A stretch of 64,000 bases of DNA from an uncultured Gammaproteobacteria bacterium (GCA_964367355.1 CAYIWY010000002.1:7296-71295), one strand, 5' to 3'; positions 46,837-57,537 are shown, counted from the stretch's first letter. The notes: a model not told the origin generated them from the sequence alone. Numbers and translations: made by a program.

Positions 46837-48189
46837 CTAAACTCGGGCTTTTTCGATGGCGAAGAATCTGCGGCGTTCGCCTTTGAATTTGAGGTCTACT
46901 TCACCGAGTGGACCGGAGCGGTGTTTTGCAATAGAAAGTTTTACATTTTCAAAGTCTTCCGCGTCTTCACGGTAAAGAAACATCACCACATCAGCATCTT
47001 GTTCAATCCCACCAGACTCGCGCAAATCAGAAAGCTGGGGAATCTTGGCTGTCCGACTTTCGACCGCTCGCGAAAGCTGTGAACACGCTAGCACTGGAAT
47101 TTTCAGTTCCCGAGCCAGGTTCTTCAAGGCTTGAGAAATTTCGGAAACTTCCTGAACTCGATTTTCTAAGTTGCGTCCGTGAACCAATTGTAAGTAATCG
47201 ACGATTAAAAGTTTCAGACCGTGTTCCATCTGCAAACGACGGGCTTTGGTGCGCATTTCCATAATCGAAATGCCGGGCGTATCATCAATATAAATTGGCG
47301 CTTCGGCTAATTCACCCATCGCTTCCGAAAGTTTTTCAAAATCTTCTTCCTTGAGGTTTCCAGTCGTGATTTTCCAGGCATCAACATCGGATTGCGAAGC
47401 AAGCATTAAGTCGACCAGTTGTTCTTTGCTCATCTCGAGTGAAAAAACTCCAACCGGGATTTTTTCCTTGACTCCCATATATTGGGCAACGTTCATACAA
47501 AAGGTTGATTTACCCATCGAAGGACGAGCTGCTAAAATAATCAAAGTTGAATCCTGCAGGCCGGAAAGTTTTTTATCGATATCGTTGAAACCTGTTGGCA
47601 CACCCCGCATTCCACTACCCTTTTTGTGAAGTTCATCCAGTCGATCAAAACTTTCAGCCAGAGCATCTTTCAGGGGAATAAAATTCTGTTTGAGATGTTG
47701 CTGGGAAATTCCGAAAAGCGATTGCTCTGAAGCATCAAGCAAATCTTTAACTTCCACACCGGTTTCAAAAGCTTTTTCAGTAATCTTCGCTGCAGCTGTA
47801 ATGAGGGCTCGTTTAGTGGCTGCCTCTTTGACAATTTCAGCGTAATTTTGAATATGCGCGCTGGTCGGAACAGAATTGACCAAACTTGTTAAGTAACTTG
47901 TACCGCCAGCTAACTCTAGATTTCCGGCTTTTTTTAAAATATCACTAACGGTAACTAAATCAGCTGGTTGGCGTTTTTCGTAAAGAGTCAAAATCGCTCG
48001 GTAAATTTCACCGTGTTGTTCACGGTAAAAGTGTTCCGGGGAAAGAACCTCGGCGATTTTTACAATCGCGTCTTTATCAAGCAGTAAACTACCCAAGACC
48101 GACTGCTCGGCCTCAATATTCTGAGGTGGGATTTTGCCTTCGATGTTGAGTTTTGTCTCCACTCTTGGAATGTTTGTCCGAGTCGCCAT
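46837..48189 (-). CDS. dnaB: Replicative DNA helicase
   Basis: N-terminal PQNIEAEQSVLGSLLLD. Walker A ARPSMGKST. RecA-like C-terminal domain. 450 aa (no intein). Confidence 0.9.
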   Translation of the reverse strand: MATRTNIPRVETKLNIEGKIPPQNIEAEQSVLGSLLLDKDAIVKIAEVLSPEHFYREQHGEIYRAILTLYEKRQPADLVTVSDILKKAGNLELAGGTSYLTSLVNSVPTSAHIQNYAEIVKEAATKRALITAAAKITEKAFETGVEVKDLLDASEQSLFGISQQHLKQNFIPLKDALAESFDRLDELHKKGSGMRGVPTGFNDIDKKLSGLQDSTLIILAARPSMGKSTFCMNVAQYMGVKEKIPVGVFSLEMSKEQLVDLMLASQSDVDAWKITTGNLKEEDFEKLSEAMGELAEAPIYIDDTPGISIMEMRTKARRLQMEHGLKLLIVDYLQLVHGRNLENRVQEVSEISQALKNLARELKIPVLACSQLSRAVESRTAKIPQLSDLRESGGIEQDADVVMFLYREDAEDFENVKLSIAKHRSGPLGEVDLKFKGERRRFFAIEKARV

Positions 48190-48195
48190 TGGAAT

Positions 48196-48837
48196 TTAAC
48201 TTTTTGACATTACAACAATCTGAGTTTCTTCGGGAAGTTTATCAGCAGCTATTGTGAGTTTTTGTACGCTCTCGATGCCTTCTTTTCCCATCTCCTTGAG
48301 AAAACTATCAACGCTGGAGAGTTCTTTAATTGTTGAGTCTGGATCAAGGTAATGCATCGGAATAATAATTTTTGGCTCGAGTTGAGAAACAATTTTACTA
48401 GCAACCGAAGCGTCAATTGTGAAGTAGCCACCAACTGGAATCAAAAGGATATCGACATTACCGATTTCTTCAACTTGCTCAGTCGTTAAACTATCTTGTC
48501 CCAAGTCACCAAGATGAGCGATATTCATTTTGTCGATTTTGAAATTGAAGATTGTATTGTTGCCCCGCTCCTCACCCTTTTTATTATCATGAAATGAAGC
48601 AACACCGATTATCTCTACTCCTTTTACTTCATACTCTCCTGGTCCGCTGACAATAAAAGGCTCTCCTTGAACTAAGTCTGTAGCAGAGTGGTCAAAGTGA
48701 CTGTGAGTTACCGAAACGATATCAGCTTCGACTTTAGGAAATTTCAGGCCGGTTTTGGAATCAAACGGATCTGTAACTAAACAAGCGTTTTTGCCTTTGA
48801 TTTTAAAACTAGCGTGACCTAAGTAAGAAATATCCAT
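48196..48837 (-). CDS. Metallo-beta-lactamase-fold metal-dependent hydrolase (UPF0173-like)
   Basis: HSHFDH motif. 213 aa. Confidence 0.8.
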   Translation of the reverse strand: MDISYLGHASFKIKGKNACLVTDPFDSKTGLKFPKVEADIVSVTHSHFDHSATDLVQGEPFIVSGPGEYEVKGVEIIGVASFHDNKKGEERGNNTIFNFKIDKMNIAHLGDLGQDSLTTEQVEEIGNVDILLIPVGGYFTIDASVASKIVSQLEPKIIIPMHYLDPDSTIKELSSVDSFLKEMGKEGIESVQKLTIAADKLPEETQIVVMSKS

Positions 48838-49017
48838 CGAATTAAAAATTAATAACTATCTGAATCATTCGCTAACGCGAAAGTAAGAATTAAGAGCAGA
48901 AAAATACTACCACAGGAAAACTAGCAATTCAACCTTTGCCCAAAAAGAGTTGACACTTCTCAGCAATTTTTTTAAGATTAGCAAGACTTAAAATTTAAGA
49001 AATCAATAAACTGCCAG

Positions 49018-49446
49018 ATGGATACAACAACACAAGAGTCTCTAAAAAATAGATTTTCAAAAATTTTACTTGGGTTTGTTGGTGGGGTAATTCTTTCTCT
49101 AGTAGCTTTTCTTTTATTTAATATTTTTTCTGCTTCAAACAAACCAAAAGTAATTACTGCAAGAAAAACCCTCACTCTGAGCGTCGCTTCCCCCGAAACA
49201 AACCTAGCAACTGCAAACAAAACAATTACTATTTCTGGAAGTACTAAAGTCAAAAGTATTGTCACTCTCAGTACCAGTAAGCAGTCAAAAATAGTTGAAA
49301 CTTCAGGAAGCTACTTCTCAGGTTCACTTGAATTAATCGAAGGGAAAAATATCATTACCATCGTCGCCTTTGACAGCTCAACCGGAGAATCACAAACAAC
49401 GACAAAAGAAGTACTTTATTTGAATCAAGATTTAACTGCTTTATGA
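49018..49446 (+). CDS. Membrane-anchored exported protein
   Basis: TM (ILLGFVGGVILSLVAFLLF). A TTGACA-17-TAAGAT promoter lies at 48950-48978. Confidence 0.45.
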   Translation: MDTTTQESLKNRFSKILLGFVGGVILSLVAFLLFNIFSASNKPKVITARKTLTLSVASPETNLATANKTITISGSTKVKSIVTLSTSKQSKIVETSGSYFSGSLELIEGKNIITIVAFDSSTGESQTTTKEVLYLNQDLTAL

Positions 49447-50144
49447 AAAAGAAGTTATTAACTATTATTTTTTTCTTAAGTCCTTTGATACTTGGCAGCG
49501 CATTGGTAAATTCCCAAACGAGTCAAAGTCAGGAATACAGGCTTGAGCAAGTCGAAAAACTCAGCGCGACAGCAAGCTCTAAGGTGGCAACAAGCTCTGC
49601 AAAAACAAAATCCCACTCGATTAGCTTTACGGGCGGAACCGTGATTTCAATCGCAAGCAATGTGGTTTATTTAGCTACAAAAGAAGGCACAAAAACAATC
49701 TTCACCTCTGAAAATACTTTTTACTACAATATTGACTCCGCTGGTAAAAAACTAATTGGAATTGGAGATTTAAAAACTGGAGACAATATTGATGTCGTTG
49801 GTATCTCAGCACAAACAAGTTCGGGAAGTGCAAAAATAATTGTTCGTGACCAAACCAAAGTAACAAAGAATTTTTCGTTGATCGGTAAAGTGCTAGAAAT
49901 TAACGCAACTAGTTTAAAGGTTGGTAGTTTAACCAGAGTTGACTTACCTACGATAACCACAACCTTAAATAACGAAACTACTTTCGCAAACAGTCGCTCG
50001 TCTTCTCTTAAAATTTCCGACATCTTAGTTAACGATAAAATTGCCCTTGCTGGATATTTTGATGACAAGGGCAGTTTGATAACAAAGCAGATTTTTAAAA
50101 TTTCTCCACTTGTTAATAAAACCGCAACTTCTTCAGCAAACTAA
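49443..50144 (+). CDS. Secreted protein (signal peptide), S/T-rich
   Basis: ATGA-overlapped start. Signal peptide MKKKLLTIIFFLSPLILGSALV. Confidence 0.45.
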   Translation: MKKKLLTIIFFLSPLILGSALVNSQTSQSQEYRLEQVEKLSATASSKVATSSAKTKSHSISFTGGTVISIASNVVYLATKEGTKTIFTSENTFYYNIDSAGKKLIGIGDLKTGDNIDVVGISAQTSSGSAKIIVRDQTKVTKNFSLIGKVLEINATSLKVGSLTRVDLPTITTTLNNETTFANSRSSSLKISDILVNDKIALAGYFDDKGSLITKQIFKISPLVNKTATSSAN

Positions 50145-50216
50145 TTTTCCCAAAAAGAAAGCGCTGCCCTCAGGGTTGGACCTAAGAACAGCGCCTTTAT
50201 AATTAAACCGCGAACT

Positions 50217-50897
50217 CTACTTCTTCTTGGAACTCACACCACCGTTGCTGGTAGCACGAACCCCATGGATAATCCGCCCGTTGACATTGCGGAAACCGAA
50301 TTCCTTGGCAAGGACCTTCTTGACTTCGTCAGTCTCGGTAATCCCACGTGAGAGAACCTTTCGGATAGACTCAAGAAGTTTCTGCTTCCGCTCCGCGCTC
50401 ATCCGCCTGGTCTTCTTCTTGGCCACATTCTTCTTCTTGGAACCCTTGCCCTTAGGCTGCTTCTTGGCAGAGGCCTTAGCAGCCGCTGCTCCTGAGGAAG
50501 GGGCTCTCTGAGCTTTCTTCTGATTCTTCTCCAAGGTGTAACGAGATTTGATCGCTCTGATTGAGTGTTTGCCAACGACGCCACCGATTTTCTCAAAAAG
50601 CTTATCGGTGTCAGTAATCCCCTGGTCAATCAATCCACGTACTTTCAGAGAAACCTCTGTGATGTTTGTCGGCTCACCCGTCGTCTTTGCAGAAGCTACC
50701 GAAGCCTCCATATAGCTGTCAAGATCGTTCAGTTTGCCAAGGAATCTGGCAGAGACATCTTGAAAGCCTGTCATCATCTCAGCGACTATACTGACCTGTG
50801 TAAAATCGCCAGCTTTGACCAGACTTTCCAGATACCTGGCAACCTTGGCACCGACTTTATCGACAAGCCCTTTGATTGCTTCAATCTCTTCTTGCAT
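50217..50897 (-). CDS. Hypothetical protein with poly-Lys/Ala C-terminal tail
   Basis: GGAGGTGAG SD, then ATG (MQEEIEAIK…); the track ORF starts 20 codons upstream. GC about 50%. Confidence 0.45.
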   Translation of the reverse strand: MQEEIEAIKGLVDKVGAKVARYLESLVKAGDFTQVSIVAEMMTGFQDVSARFLGKLNDLDSYMEASVASAKTTGEPTNITEVSLKVRGLIDQGITDTDKLFEKIGGVVGKHSIRAIKSRYTLEKNQKKAQRAPSSGAAAAKASAKKQPKGKGSKKKNVAKKKTRRMSAERKQKLLESIRKVLSRGITETDEVKKVLAKEFGFRNVNGRIIHGVRATSNGGVSSKKK

Positions 50898-51050
50898 TAC
50901 ACTCACCTCCAAAATACTTAAACCTCCTCCTGCTTTTTCTTGGGTTTTATATACCACATATCAAACGTTTTGTCAATTACTACAGGTTGACTTTATATTG
51001 AAGTTATAATAAAATCCGTTTAATTGAGATCTAGTAGTGAAAGGTGAGAA

Positions 51051-51779
51051 ATGCCGTTATTTACCCGAACCTGGGTCAAAAAGAATATCGGGTCGTTTGC
51101 AACGTTGGTTCATCGGGATTTTCCTAATGTGCCCGAGCATTACGATTATTCTGAAAAGAATCGGGTTCGCCGCTACATGGTTAAGCAAACCAGCGCGAGC
51201 TTGGATCCGAAATCCAAAAGAATTCGGATGCTTTTCATGCCTTCAGTTTGGGCGATCGATCTTTATGAGTTTTCCCAAAAATTTAGGATTGATTCCGCCC
51301 ACAGCTTAGCAGTCGAACACAACCACTTCTACGCTGAGCACTTACGTTCCTGGGTCGAAGCCGCCGATCAACTTGTCGGTGGTGTACCTTTCAAGGGCAT
51401 GCAAATTTACGAAGGCAAAATGTCGGAAGCAACTCGGGAAGTTTCTGGACCGTTTGAGGTTGCCAATCTGGACTTCATCAGCCCCTGGAACCGAGAAGTT
51501 CGAGAATCGGTCAAAAACCTCCTGCAACGTGATTTGCTGACCATTCCGGCGGTTCTCTTTATCACTCTGAACGCAACTGATTGGATTCGGTCAATCCACG
51601 AGAAAAAGACCGACAAGAGTTTGGCTCAGTTAATGCCTGCTCGTATTTACCGGCTTAGTCATAAGACAAAGTATACCTGTCACTACCGTTGGCATATGGA
51701 CTGGATCGGCGAAGGCGGCAGTAAAATGTTGACCATCGCTTTTACAGTTCACGCCAAAGAAAAAAGGGTTGAGTCCTAA
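51051..51779 (+). CDS. Hypothetical 242-aa protein
   Basis: AAAGGTGAG SD, then ATG. No motif recognised. GC elevated. Confidence 0.45.
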   Translation: MPLFTRTWVKKNIGSFATLVHRDFPNVPEHYDYSEKNRVRRYMVKQTSASLDPKSKRIRMLFMPSVWAIDLYEFSQKFRIDSAHSLAVEHNHFYAEHLRSWVEAADQLVGGVPFKGMQIYEGKMSEATREVSGPFEVANLDFISPWNREVRESVKNLLQRDLLTIPAVLFITLNATDWIRSIHEKKTDKSLAQLMPARIYRLSHKTKYTCHYRWHMDWIGEGGSKMLTIAFTVHAKEKRVES

Positions 51780-51808
51780 TGGATTCAACCCTTTACTATT
51801 TCTCCCAC

Positions 51809-53494
51809 CTATTTCTTCAGAACCAAGTTACCTCTGACGTAAGTCAAATAGCGCAAGCTATCGACCTCGCGTAACATTTCCTCCGGCGAGTAAACTCCAC
51901 CAAAGAAAAATGAAAATAGACAGCTGATCAACTGATCAATCTTGTATCTCCGAGAATCAACACCATTTGGGCTGGGCTCAACGAAAGTCTTGTAATCAGA
52001 ATGCTCCGAATTAAGCAGTACTGCCACAAGCCGATTTTCTTCGTTCGTGCGTACCTGAGCACGCGGCTCTTCCGGTTTCATTGGCATCGGAAAAACTTCG
52101 AACTTCGGCCGACTGCTGGCTGTTTTCTTAGGCTTGCTTGGATCAAGAGTGTCAGTAGGCTTCCCACCAGGAAGTATGTCAACCGATTTCGCACCCCCAC
52201 CAGCTGGACCAGGACAACCACCAGATTTACTCCCACCTAACTTTTTGATCGGAACATTTATCTCTTCCCGCCCACCAACTTGCGGACGTTTCTTAACCGG
52301 AAAACCATCCAGCAGGTAACCTTGGTCAACAAAAACGTCAACGACAAGGTTGCGCAACTGTTTGGTTACATTATCCCGAACCTCGGGACGCTGGGCATCA
52401 ATCTCGCTAAGGAACTCCAGCAAAGCCTTTTCAAGTTCCTTAAGACCCTTCTTGAAGGCCTCAAAGTTTCCCTCCGGGTCAGAGATTAGGACTTTCTTAG
52501 CCGAATCTGTCTTGCAGAAATCCGCTGAAAAATCCATGTCAAGTCGACCACTATTCCAAGGAGCACAATCAAAACCTTCAATTTCGGTAATATCATTAAA
52601 AACCCGACGGTGTCCCCACCAAACCCGACAGCGACCATCGTGCCGGTGCGGCAGAACCCCACCAGACCAAGTCACCCACTCTTGGTGTGACTTACCATAA
52701 CTAGTCCACACCAAACACTTTTCTTGCTTTCCGTTTGAAAGCTGGAACTCGTTGACATGGGCAATTACTGGTGAAACGTAGACGCTTGGCTTCTTCTGAC
52801 CCTTTTTGTCGATTTCGACGATCTCAATCACGATTTTTGGGTCAGAGTTGGGAAGGTCCTTACGGTATTCCTGGGCGAAAAAGCTCTCGAGCTTTCTGAT
52901 ATTTATCTGGCTCATCTTTGCCGGATCAATGTCAGAAATTTCAACATCCGTCCCGATAGTCGGCCGGTTTTTGCTTTCCGGAGCAAGTTTCGGACGAATC
53001 TTACGACCGTCCTCACCTAACCCAAACATCAAAGTCCAGGTTTGCTCCGAAGTTGCCTCCGAACGACTGGTAACCAAGCAAATCCGACCAACAATTTCCC
53101 AAGCATGAACTCCCACTTGGTTGATACCGCGCATGCGGGCAATCTGACCCTTCCGCGAAGTATCGTTGTTAATCATGACTGCCCAGTTACGCTTACTCTC
53201 CAAACCCCCGCCAATTTCTGACGGCACTTGGATCATCCGGTTACGGGTCATTCCATGAGAATTGTCAGAGACGATAATCCGGTTGCGGAGGCGGTCAATA
53301 GTTACAGTTATGATGTACTCTTTCCGCTTCTTATCCGCCATCCACAGAGAGTCAAGACTGTTATCAACCAGCTCTCGCAAGTACTCCGGAGTTGATGAAA
53401 CCAACCTCGCTACAAGCGAGATAACCGAATCAGTATCCCCGAAGTTATAATCAACATACTCAAAGTCCACATCGTCCGCTGCTACCATCATCAC
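51809..53494 (-). CDS. GHKL (Bergerat-fold) ATPase, MORC/HSP90/MutL-like N-terminal domain, 561 aa
   Basis: N-box ELVDNSLDS (aa 41-49) and G1 box IIVSDNSHGM (aa 73-82). GGGAGGTG SD. The start is 4 nt after the TAG stop of the upstream gene. The C-terminal two-thirds are unassigned. Confidence 0.6.
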   Translation of the reverse strand: MMMVAADDVDFEYVDYNFGDTDSVISLVARLVSSTPEYLRELVDNSLDSLWMADKKRKEYIITVTIDRLRNRIIVSDNSHGMTRNRMIQVPSEIGGGLESKRNWAVMINNDTSRKGQIARMRGINQVGVHAWEIVGRICLVTSRSEATSEQTWTLMFGLGEDGRKIRPKLAPESKNRPTIGTDVEISDIDPAKMSQINIRKLESFFAQEYRKDLPNSDPKIVIEIVEIDKKGQKKPSVYVSPVIAHVNEFQLSNGKQEKCLVWTSYGKSHQEWVTWSGGVLPHRHDGRCRVWWGHRRVFNDITEIEGFDCAPWNSGRLDMDFSADFCKTDSAKKVLISDPEGNFEAFKKGLKELEKALLEFLSEIDAQRPEVRDNVTKQLRNLVVDVFVDQGYLLDGFPVKKRPQVGGREEINVPIKKLGGSKSGGCPGPAGGGAKSVDILPGGKPTDTLDPSKPKKTASSRPKFEVFPMPMKPEEPRAQVRTNEENRLVAVLLNSEHSDYKTFVEPSPNGVDSRRYKIDQLISCLFSFFFGGVYSPEEMLREVDSLRYLTYVRGNLVLKK

Positions 53495-53498
53495 CTCC

Positions 53499-54341
53499 CT
53501 ACAACTCCACTCGAGAGTTCAGCCACACTTGAAAATCAGCTTCTTTAATCAAAGAAGCCAAACCAGTTGCAAGTCGCAGTACAAAAGCTGGATCAAAATT
53601 GCCCTTGAGATCTTTACGAGGCCCCTCATTCTGAGCGAAGAAGTTGAGTGCGCTATTAAGTGCACCCAAAGTTTCTTCAAAAGTATCTCCTGGATTTCTG
53701 GCATCAAATCTATTTGGATAGTCAAGGTCAAAACCGACTGAGTCTTTTTCAATACCTGTCGCACGTCTGGCGACTTCAGCCATACCTTCGAAAAACCTCG
53801 CCACTAATTCCGTGTTTGTTGGGTCCTCAACTTGACCGAGTCGCGCCTCAACCCGAGCAAGTCTTAAATCAAATTCGTTTCCGGTTTCGACCTGCTTGAA
53901 AATCCTCTTTGCTTTGGCGACACTAGTCTTCTCAACTTCACCCGTAGCAAGTTTCAAGCCGATCGTCGCAAAAACTTTTTGAGCGACCATTTCTGAAGCA
54001 ATGTTCTGGTAAAGTGCCGAGTTAAGGGTTCCGGCTGTCAAACCGATTTTTTCGGAGAGCTGGTTCGGAGTCATTTCATTTTCGAACATATACTCCATTA
54101 AGTGTGTCAGAACTTTCGGCCTCAAACTACTAACCTTACGGTCAGTCGCCAACCAAACTCGCCATAAGGTCCGAGGTTGAAGAGCCTCCTTTTTTCGAAA
54201 CCGACGTAGAATTGGACCATCGATCTTGAATTTCTTACCGACATTTAGTCGACGGGCAATTTCTTCGTTATCGAATTCATCAAGTTTTTGCTCACGCAGA
54301 AACTCTTCAAAATCTGCTACCTGCTTTTTCACTGAAGCCAA
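53499..54341 (-). CDS. Hypothetical 280-aa protein with HTH-like segment, co-transcribed with the GHKL ATPase
   Basis: GGAGGTG SD, then a TTG start. MTPNQLSEKIGLTAGTLNSALYQ resembles an HTH. Translationally coupled to the downstream gene. Confidence 0.45.
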   Translation of the reverse strand: MASVKKQVADFEEFLREQKLDEFDNEEIARRLNVGKKFKIDGPILRRFRKKEALQPRTLWRVWLATDRKVSSLRPKVLTHLMEYMFENEMTPNQLSEKIGLTAGTLNSALYQNIASEMVAQKVFATIGLKLATGEVEKTSVAKAKRIFKQVETGNEFDLRLARVEARLGQVEDPTNTELVARFFEGMAEVARRATGIEKDSVGFDLDYPNRFDARNPGDTFEETLGALNSALNFFAQNEGPRKDLKGNFDPAFVLRLATGLASLIKEADFQVWLNSRVEL

Positions 54342-54482
54342 GTTTTCACCTCCACACCTTTCCTAGGATGTTTGATTGTTAATGTACTCAAACTTGGGCC
54401 GACTATAGCATATTCAAGCGTGTTCGTCAATCTCATAGTAAAAGGTCTTTCTTTATCGTTAAGTTTTGATATAATGGTTGGG

Positions 54483-55700
54483 ATGAATAAAATTGAAGCT
54501 AAGACACCAAAAGGTTTTCGTGACTTTTTAGGGGTTAGCGCTAAAGTACGCCAAGAAGTAATAACTACCTTTTCTAAGGTTTTTGAGCGGTTCGGTTTTG
54601 AACCGTTAATTACGCCTGCTTTGGAATACGCTGAAGTTTTAAAGGGAAAATATGGCGAGGAAGAAAAATTGATCTATGAGTTTGAAGATCGTGGTGGTCG
54701 CCAAGTTGCCCTGCGTTATGATCAAACTGTACCACTAGCCCGTGTGGTTGCAAACTATCCTGACATTACTAAACCTTACAAGCGTTACCAAATTCAACCG
54801 GTCTGGAGAGCAGAAAATCCCCAAAAAGGACGCTTCCGCGAATTTATTCAAGTTGATATCGATACAATCGGTAGCTCTTCCCTACTTGTGGAAGCGGAAA
54901 CTATTAGTTGTATTGTTTCAGCCATGCAAAGTTTGGGTTTCAAGAATTTTAATCTCAAAGTTAATGACCGCGAGATTTTCGCCGGATTACCCAATAGTGT
55001 AATTTCAACCATCGACAAACTTGACAAAATCGGGAAAGAAGGTGTGATTGCTTTACTTAAAAACCAAAGCTACTCTGATTTTCAAGCTGCCGATATTTTG
55101 AAAAAAGTTACTGACAGCAAACCCACACCGACGATTGAAAAGCTGTTTAATCTATTGACTAAGTATAAAATTAGCCAAGATTTCTATTCCTTTGATCCTT
55201 CACTTGCTCGAGGTTTGGATTATTATACTGGGTTAATTTTTGAGCTTGAAATTGAGGGCTACAGTACTGGCAGTATTGGTGGTGGTGGTCGATATGACCG
55301 CTTGATTGGAACATTTACCGACAAAGAGCAACCAGCAATGGGTTTTTCCTTTGGTTTTGATCGCATAATTGAAGCGATGGAAAGCCTTGAGCTTCTCCCT
55401 AAAAAACTCTCTACTACGGAAATTTTGGTAACTGTTTTTAATAATGATCTCCTCGATGAATCGCTCGAGGTTGTTTCTGGTTTACGCGATCAAGGCATAA
55501 ATACAGAGATCTCCCTTGACCCTGAAGCCAAGCTTGATAAACAAATAAAATACGCCGATCAAAAAAATATCCCTTTTGTTATTGTCCTTGGTCCTGAAGA
55601 AGCTAAAAACAAGACTCTAACCTTAAAAAATTTACAAACTACTAAGCAAAGTGTCGTCAAACTCTCCCAAATTAAAACTTTGATTGACCAAGAGAAGTAA
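54483..55700 (+). CDS. hisS: Histidine--tRNA ligase
   Basis: MNKIEAKTPKGFRDFLG…, class II motifs (…RYDQT…, GGGRYD) and a C-terminal anticodon-binding domain. Start refined from track 54372. Confidence 0.9.
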   Translation: MNKIEAKTPKGFRDFLGVSAKVRQEVITTFSKVFERFGFEPLITPALEYAEVLKGKYGEEEKLIYEFEDRGGRQVALRYDQTVPLARVVANYPDITKPYKRYQIQPVWRAENPQKGRFREFIQVDIDTIGSSSLLVEAETISCIVSAMQSLGFKNFNLKVNDREIFAGLPNSVISTIDKLDKIGKEGVIALLKNQSYSDFQAADILKKVTDSKPTPTIEKLFNLLTKYKISQDFYSFDPSLARGLDYYTGLIFELEIEGYSTGSIGGGGRYDRLIGTFTDKEQPAMGFSFGFDRIIEAMESLELLPKKLSTTEILVTVFNNDLLDESLEVVSGLRDQGINTEISLDPEAKLDKQIKYADQKNIPFVIVLGPEEAKNKTLTLKNLQTTKQSVVKLSQIKTLIDQEK

Positions 55701-55722
55701 AAATAGGTATACTTAATTCATA

Positions 55723-57528
55723 ATGTCCGAACCTGCCGCACCACAAACCCAAACTAATCAAACTCCACTTAATTCAAACATTGTGTCCAACGGATCTAAA
55801 ACTGGTACTCAGGAAGAAATAAATAAGCTACTCGCCGCAGTCGAAAAGTTTCGCAAAACAGGATTGGTCGAAGATTCAGAAGTAACTTTTGCCAAAGAAA
55901 AAGTTTTACCCAAACTCGGGCTTTCATCAGAACAAATTAATGAGTTAGGACCAGTCGGAATAATGGTCAAACTTCAGGAGGAAGCTGATAAAAAACGCCT
56001 CAGCGCAAGTGGTATCAATTCTAACCTGGAACCTGCAATACCAGAAGTTGTTGAAACTAGCATTCCAAATTTAGTCAAACCAATACCTTCATCACCACCT
56101 CCCAAGATCAAAACCGAACTGGAAACAAATATTGATGAAAACAGTTTTAAGGAACTAACTAAACAGGTTTCGAAAATGACAGACAATCTGTCAGTCGATA
56201 TTGACAAGGAAATCAAAAGACAACTGGAGGAAAAGAAAGCTCTGGAACAAGCCCAAGACAAGGTTGATACGGTTTTGAAGGAACACGAGGAACTTTCCCT
56301 ACCCCAAATAAATAAAGAACCACAAACCCCAAAACCAACTATTGGACTTTTTCATACAAAAACTGTCGACAACACAGAAAATAAGCCACCAATTATTCAC
56401 GACCTTACCTACCCAATTCATCAACCAGAACCAACACAACCAGAGAACATTTCGACTGACCCACTCGAAGCGAGTATTGAAAATGCTATGAATTCATTGA
56501 AAGAAGGTGACTCTATTGGTAGTGAGTGGGTATTAAAGAAAATCCTAACAACGAGTTTCGGTAACAAAAAATCCCCTTTTTATGAACTTCTGAATAAATC
56601 CGGGGCAGCTTGGACACTTAGTCCTGAAGAAATGCGTGACGCGCTTCGCAGCAACATTTTGTCAAAAAACACCACCCCAGTGAAAGAAATTAACAGTGAA
56701 AAAGTCCAACCGCTTCACAATTTAAATGAACCGGATGATAAAATTGATGCTAAAACAAGTACTCAAATAACTGCAGGAGAGGTCGAGAGAATAAAAGAGC
56801 AACTCTCTGAAGAGAAAAAAGTTAATCATCCTTCCGATCAACCAAAGGAGCCCCACGAAGAAAGACATTCTGAGACAAAAGAGCATACTAAACCCTTTGA
56901 ACACCATGAGACGACAAGAACTAAACCTGAAATGGAAAAAAGCGAGCAAAAATTTGAAAAAGATCAAGTTGACTCAAAAGAACAAGGGCAAACAAAATTC
57001 AACCAAAAACAAATTGACTTTCTTAACAAAATCCACTCTGACCAAAGTCTCTGGAATTCCTTTACCTCGTTCAATCCAGAACTATGGCAGTATTTTCACG
57101 ACCTCTACGAAGAAGGTCGCTTAAGCAGCATCGGAATCGACGCTCATCCCCTATTTGATAAACTTGCTAGTAGTGACTTTGGCAGCTTAATTGACATTCA
57201 AAAAGGAGATTCGGCTAGTAAAATTCTGTCCGAGGCCGGTTACAACTTGTCCTGGACCCCGGAAGATGCGGAAATATTTGCAGTTCATCTTATCGCAAAT
57301 CATAAAATTCTAACAGATTCCGTCAGAAAATTGGAAATTAGCGGGCTAACTGCTCCTTCTCTACCCTCACCAAAGGATGTAATCGATTTAACTCTCGGTG
57401 CTAAAAACGGCAACCATGAGTCATTACACAAGCTTGAAGAGGCACTTAATTTCTTACCTGTGAACAGCAAGTTCAAGCTAATAAAACCTCCTCAACTAGA
57501 CTTATTGAAAAAATACTTTAAGCGTTAA
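55723..57528 (+). CDS. Hypothetical 601-aa acidic/low-complexity protein
   Basis: E/K/P-rich with no TM. The globular C-terminal ~150 aa is of unknown function. Confidence 0.5.
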   Translation: MSEPAAPQTQTNQTPLNSNIVSNGSKTGTQEEINKLLAAVEKFRKTGLVEDSEVTFAKEKVLPKLGLSSEQINELGPVGIMVKLQEEADKKRLSASGINSNLEPAIPEVVETSIPNLVKPIPSSPPPKIKTELETNIDENSFKELTKQVSKMTDNLSVDIDKEIKRQLEEKKALEQAQDKVDTVLKEHEELSLPQINKEPQTPKPTIGLFHTKTVDNTENKPPIIHDLTYPIHQPEPTQPENISTDPLEASIENAMNSLKEGDSIGSEWVLKKILTTSFGNKKSPFYELLNKSGAAWTLSPEEMRDALRSNILSKNTTPVKEINSEKVQPLHNLNEPDDKIDAKTSTQITAGEVERIKEQLSEEKKVNHPSDQPKEPHEERHSETKEHTKPFEHHETTRTKPEMEKSEQKFEKDQVDSKEQGQTKFNQKQIDFLNKIHSDQSLWNSFTSFNPELWQYFHDLYEEGRLSSIGIDAHPLFDKLASSDFGSLIDIQKGDSASKILSEAGYNLSWTPEDAEIFAVHLIANHKILTDSVRKLEISGLTAPSLPSPKDVIDLTLGAKNGNHESLHKLEEALNFLPVNSKFKLIKPPQLDLLKKYFKR

Positions 57529-57537
57529 TTTCCCGAA

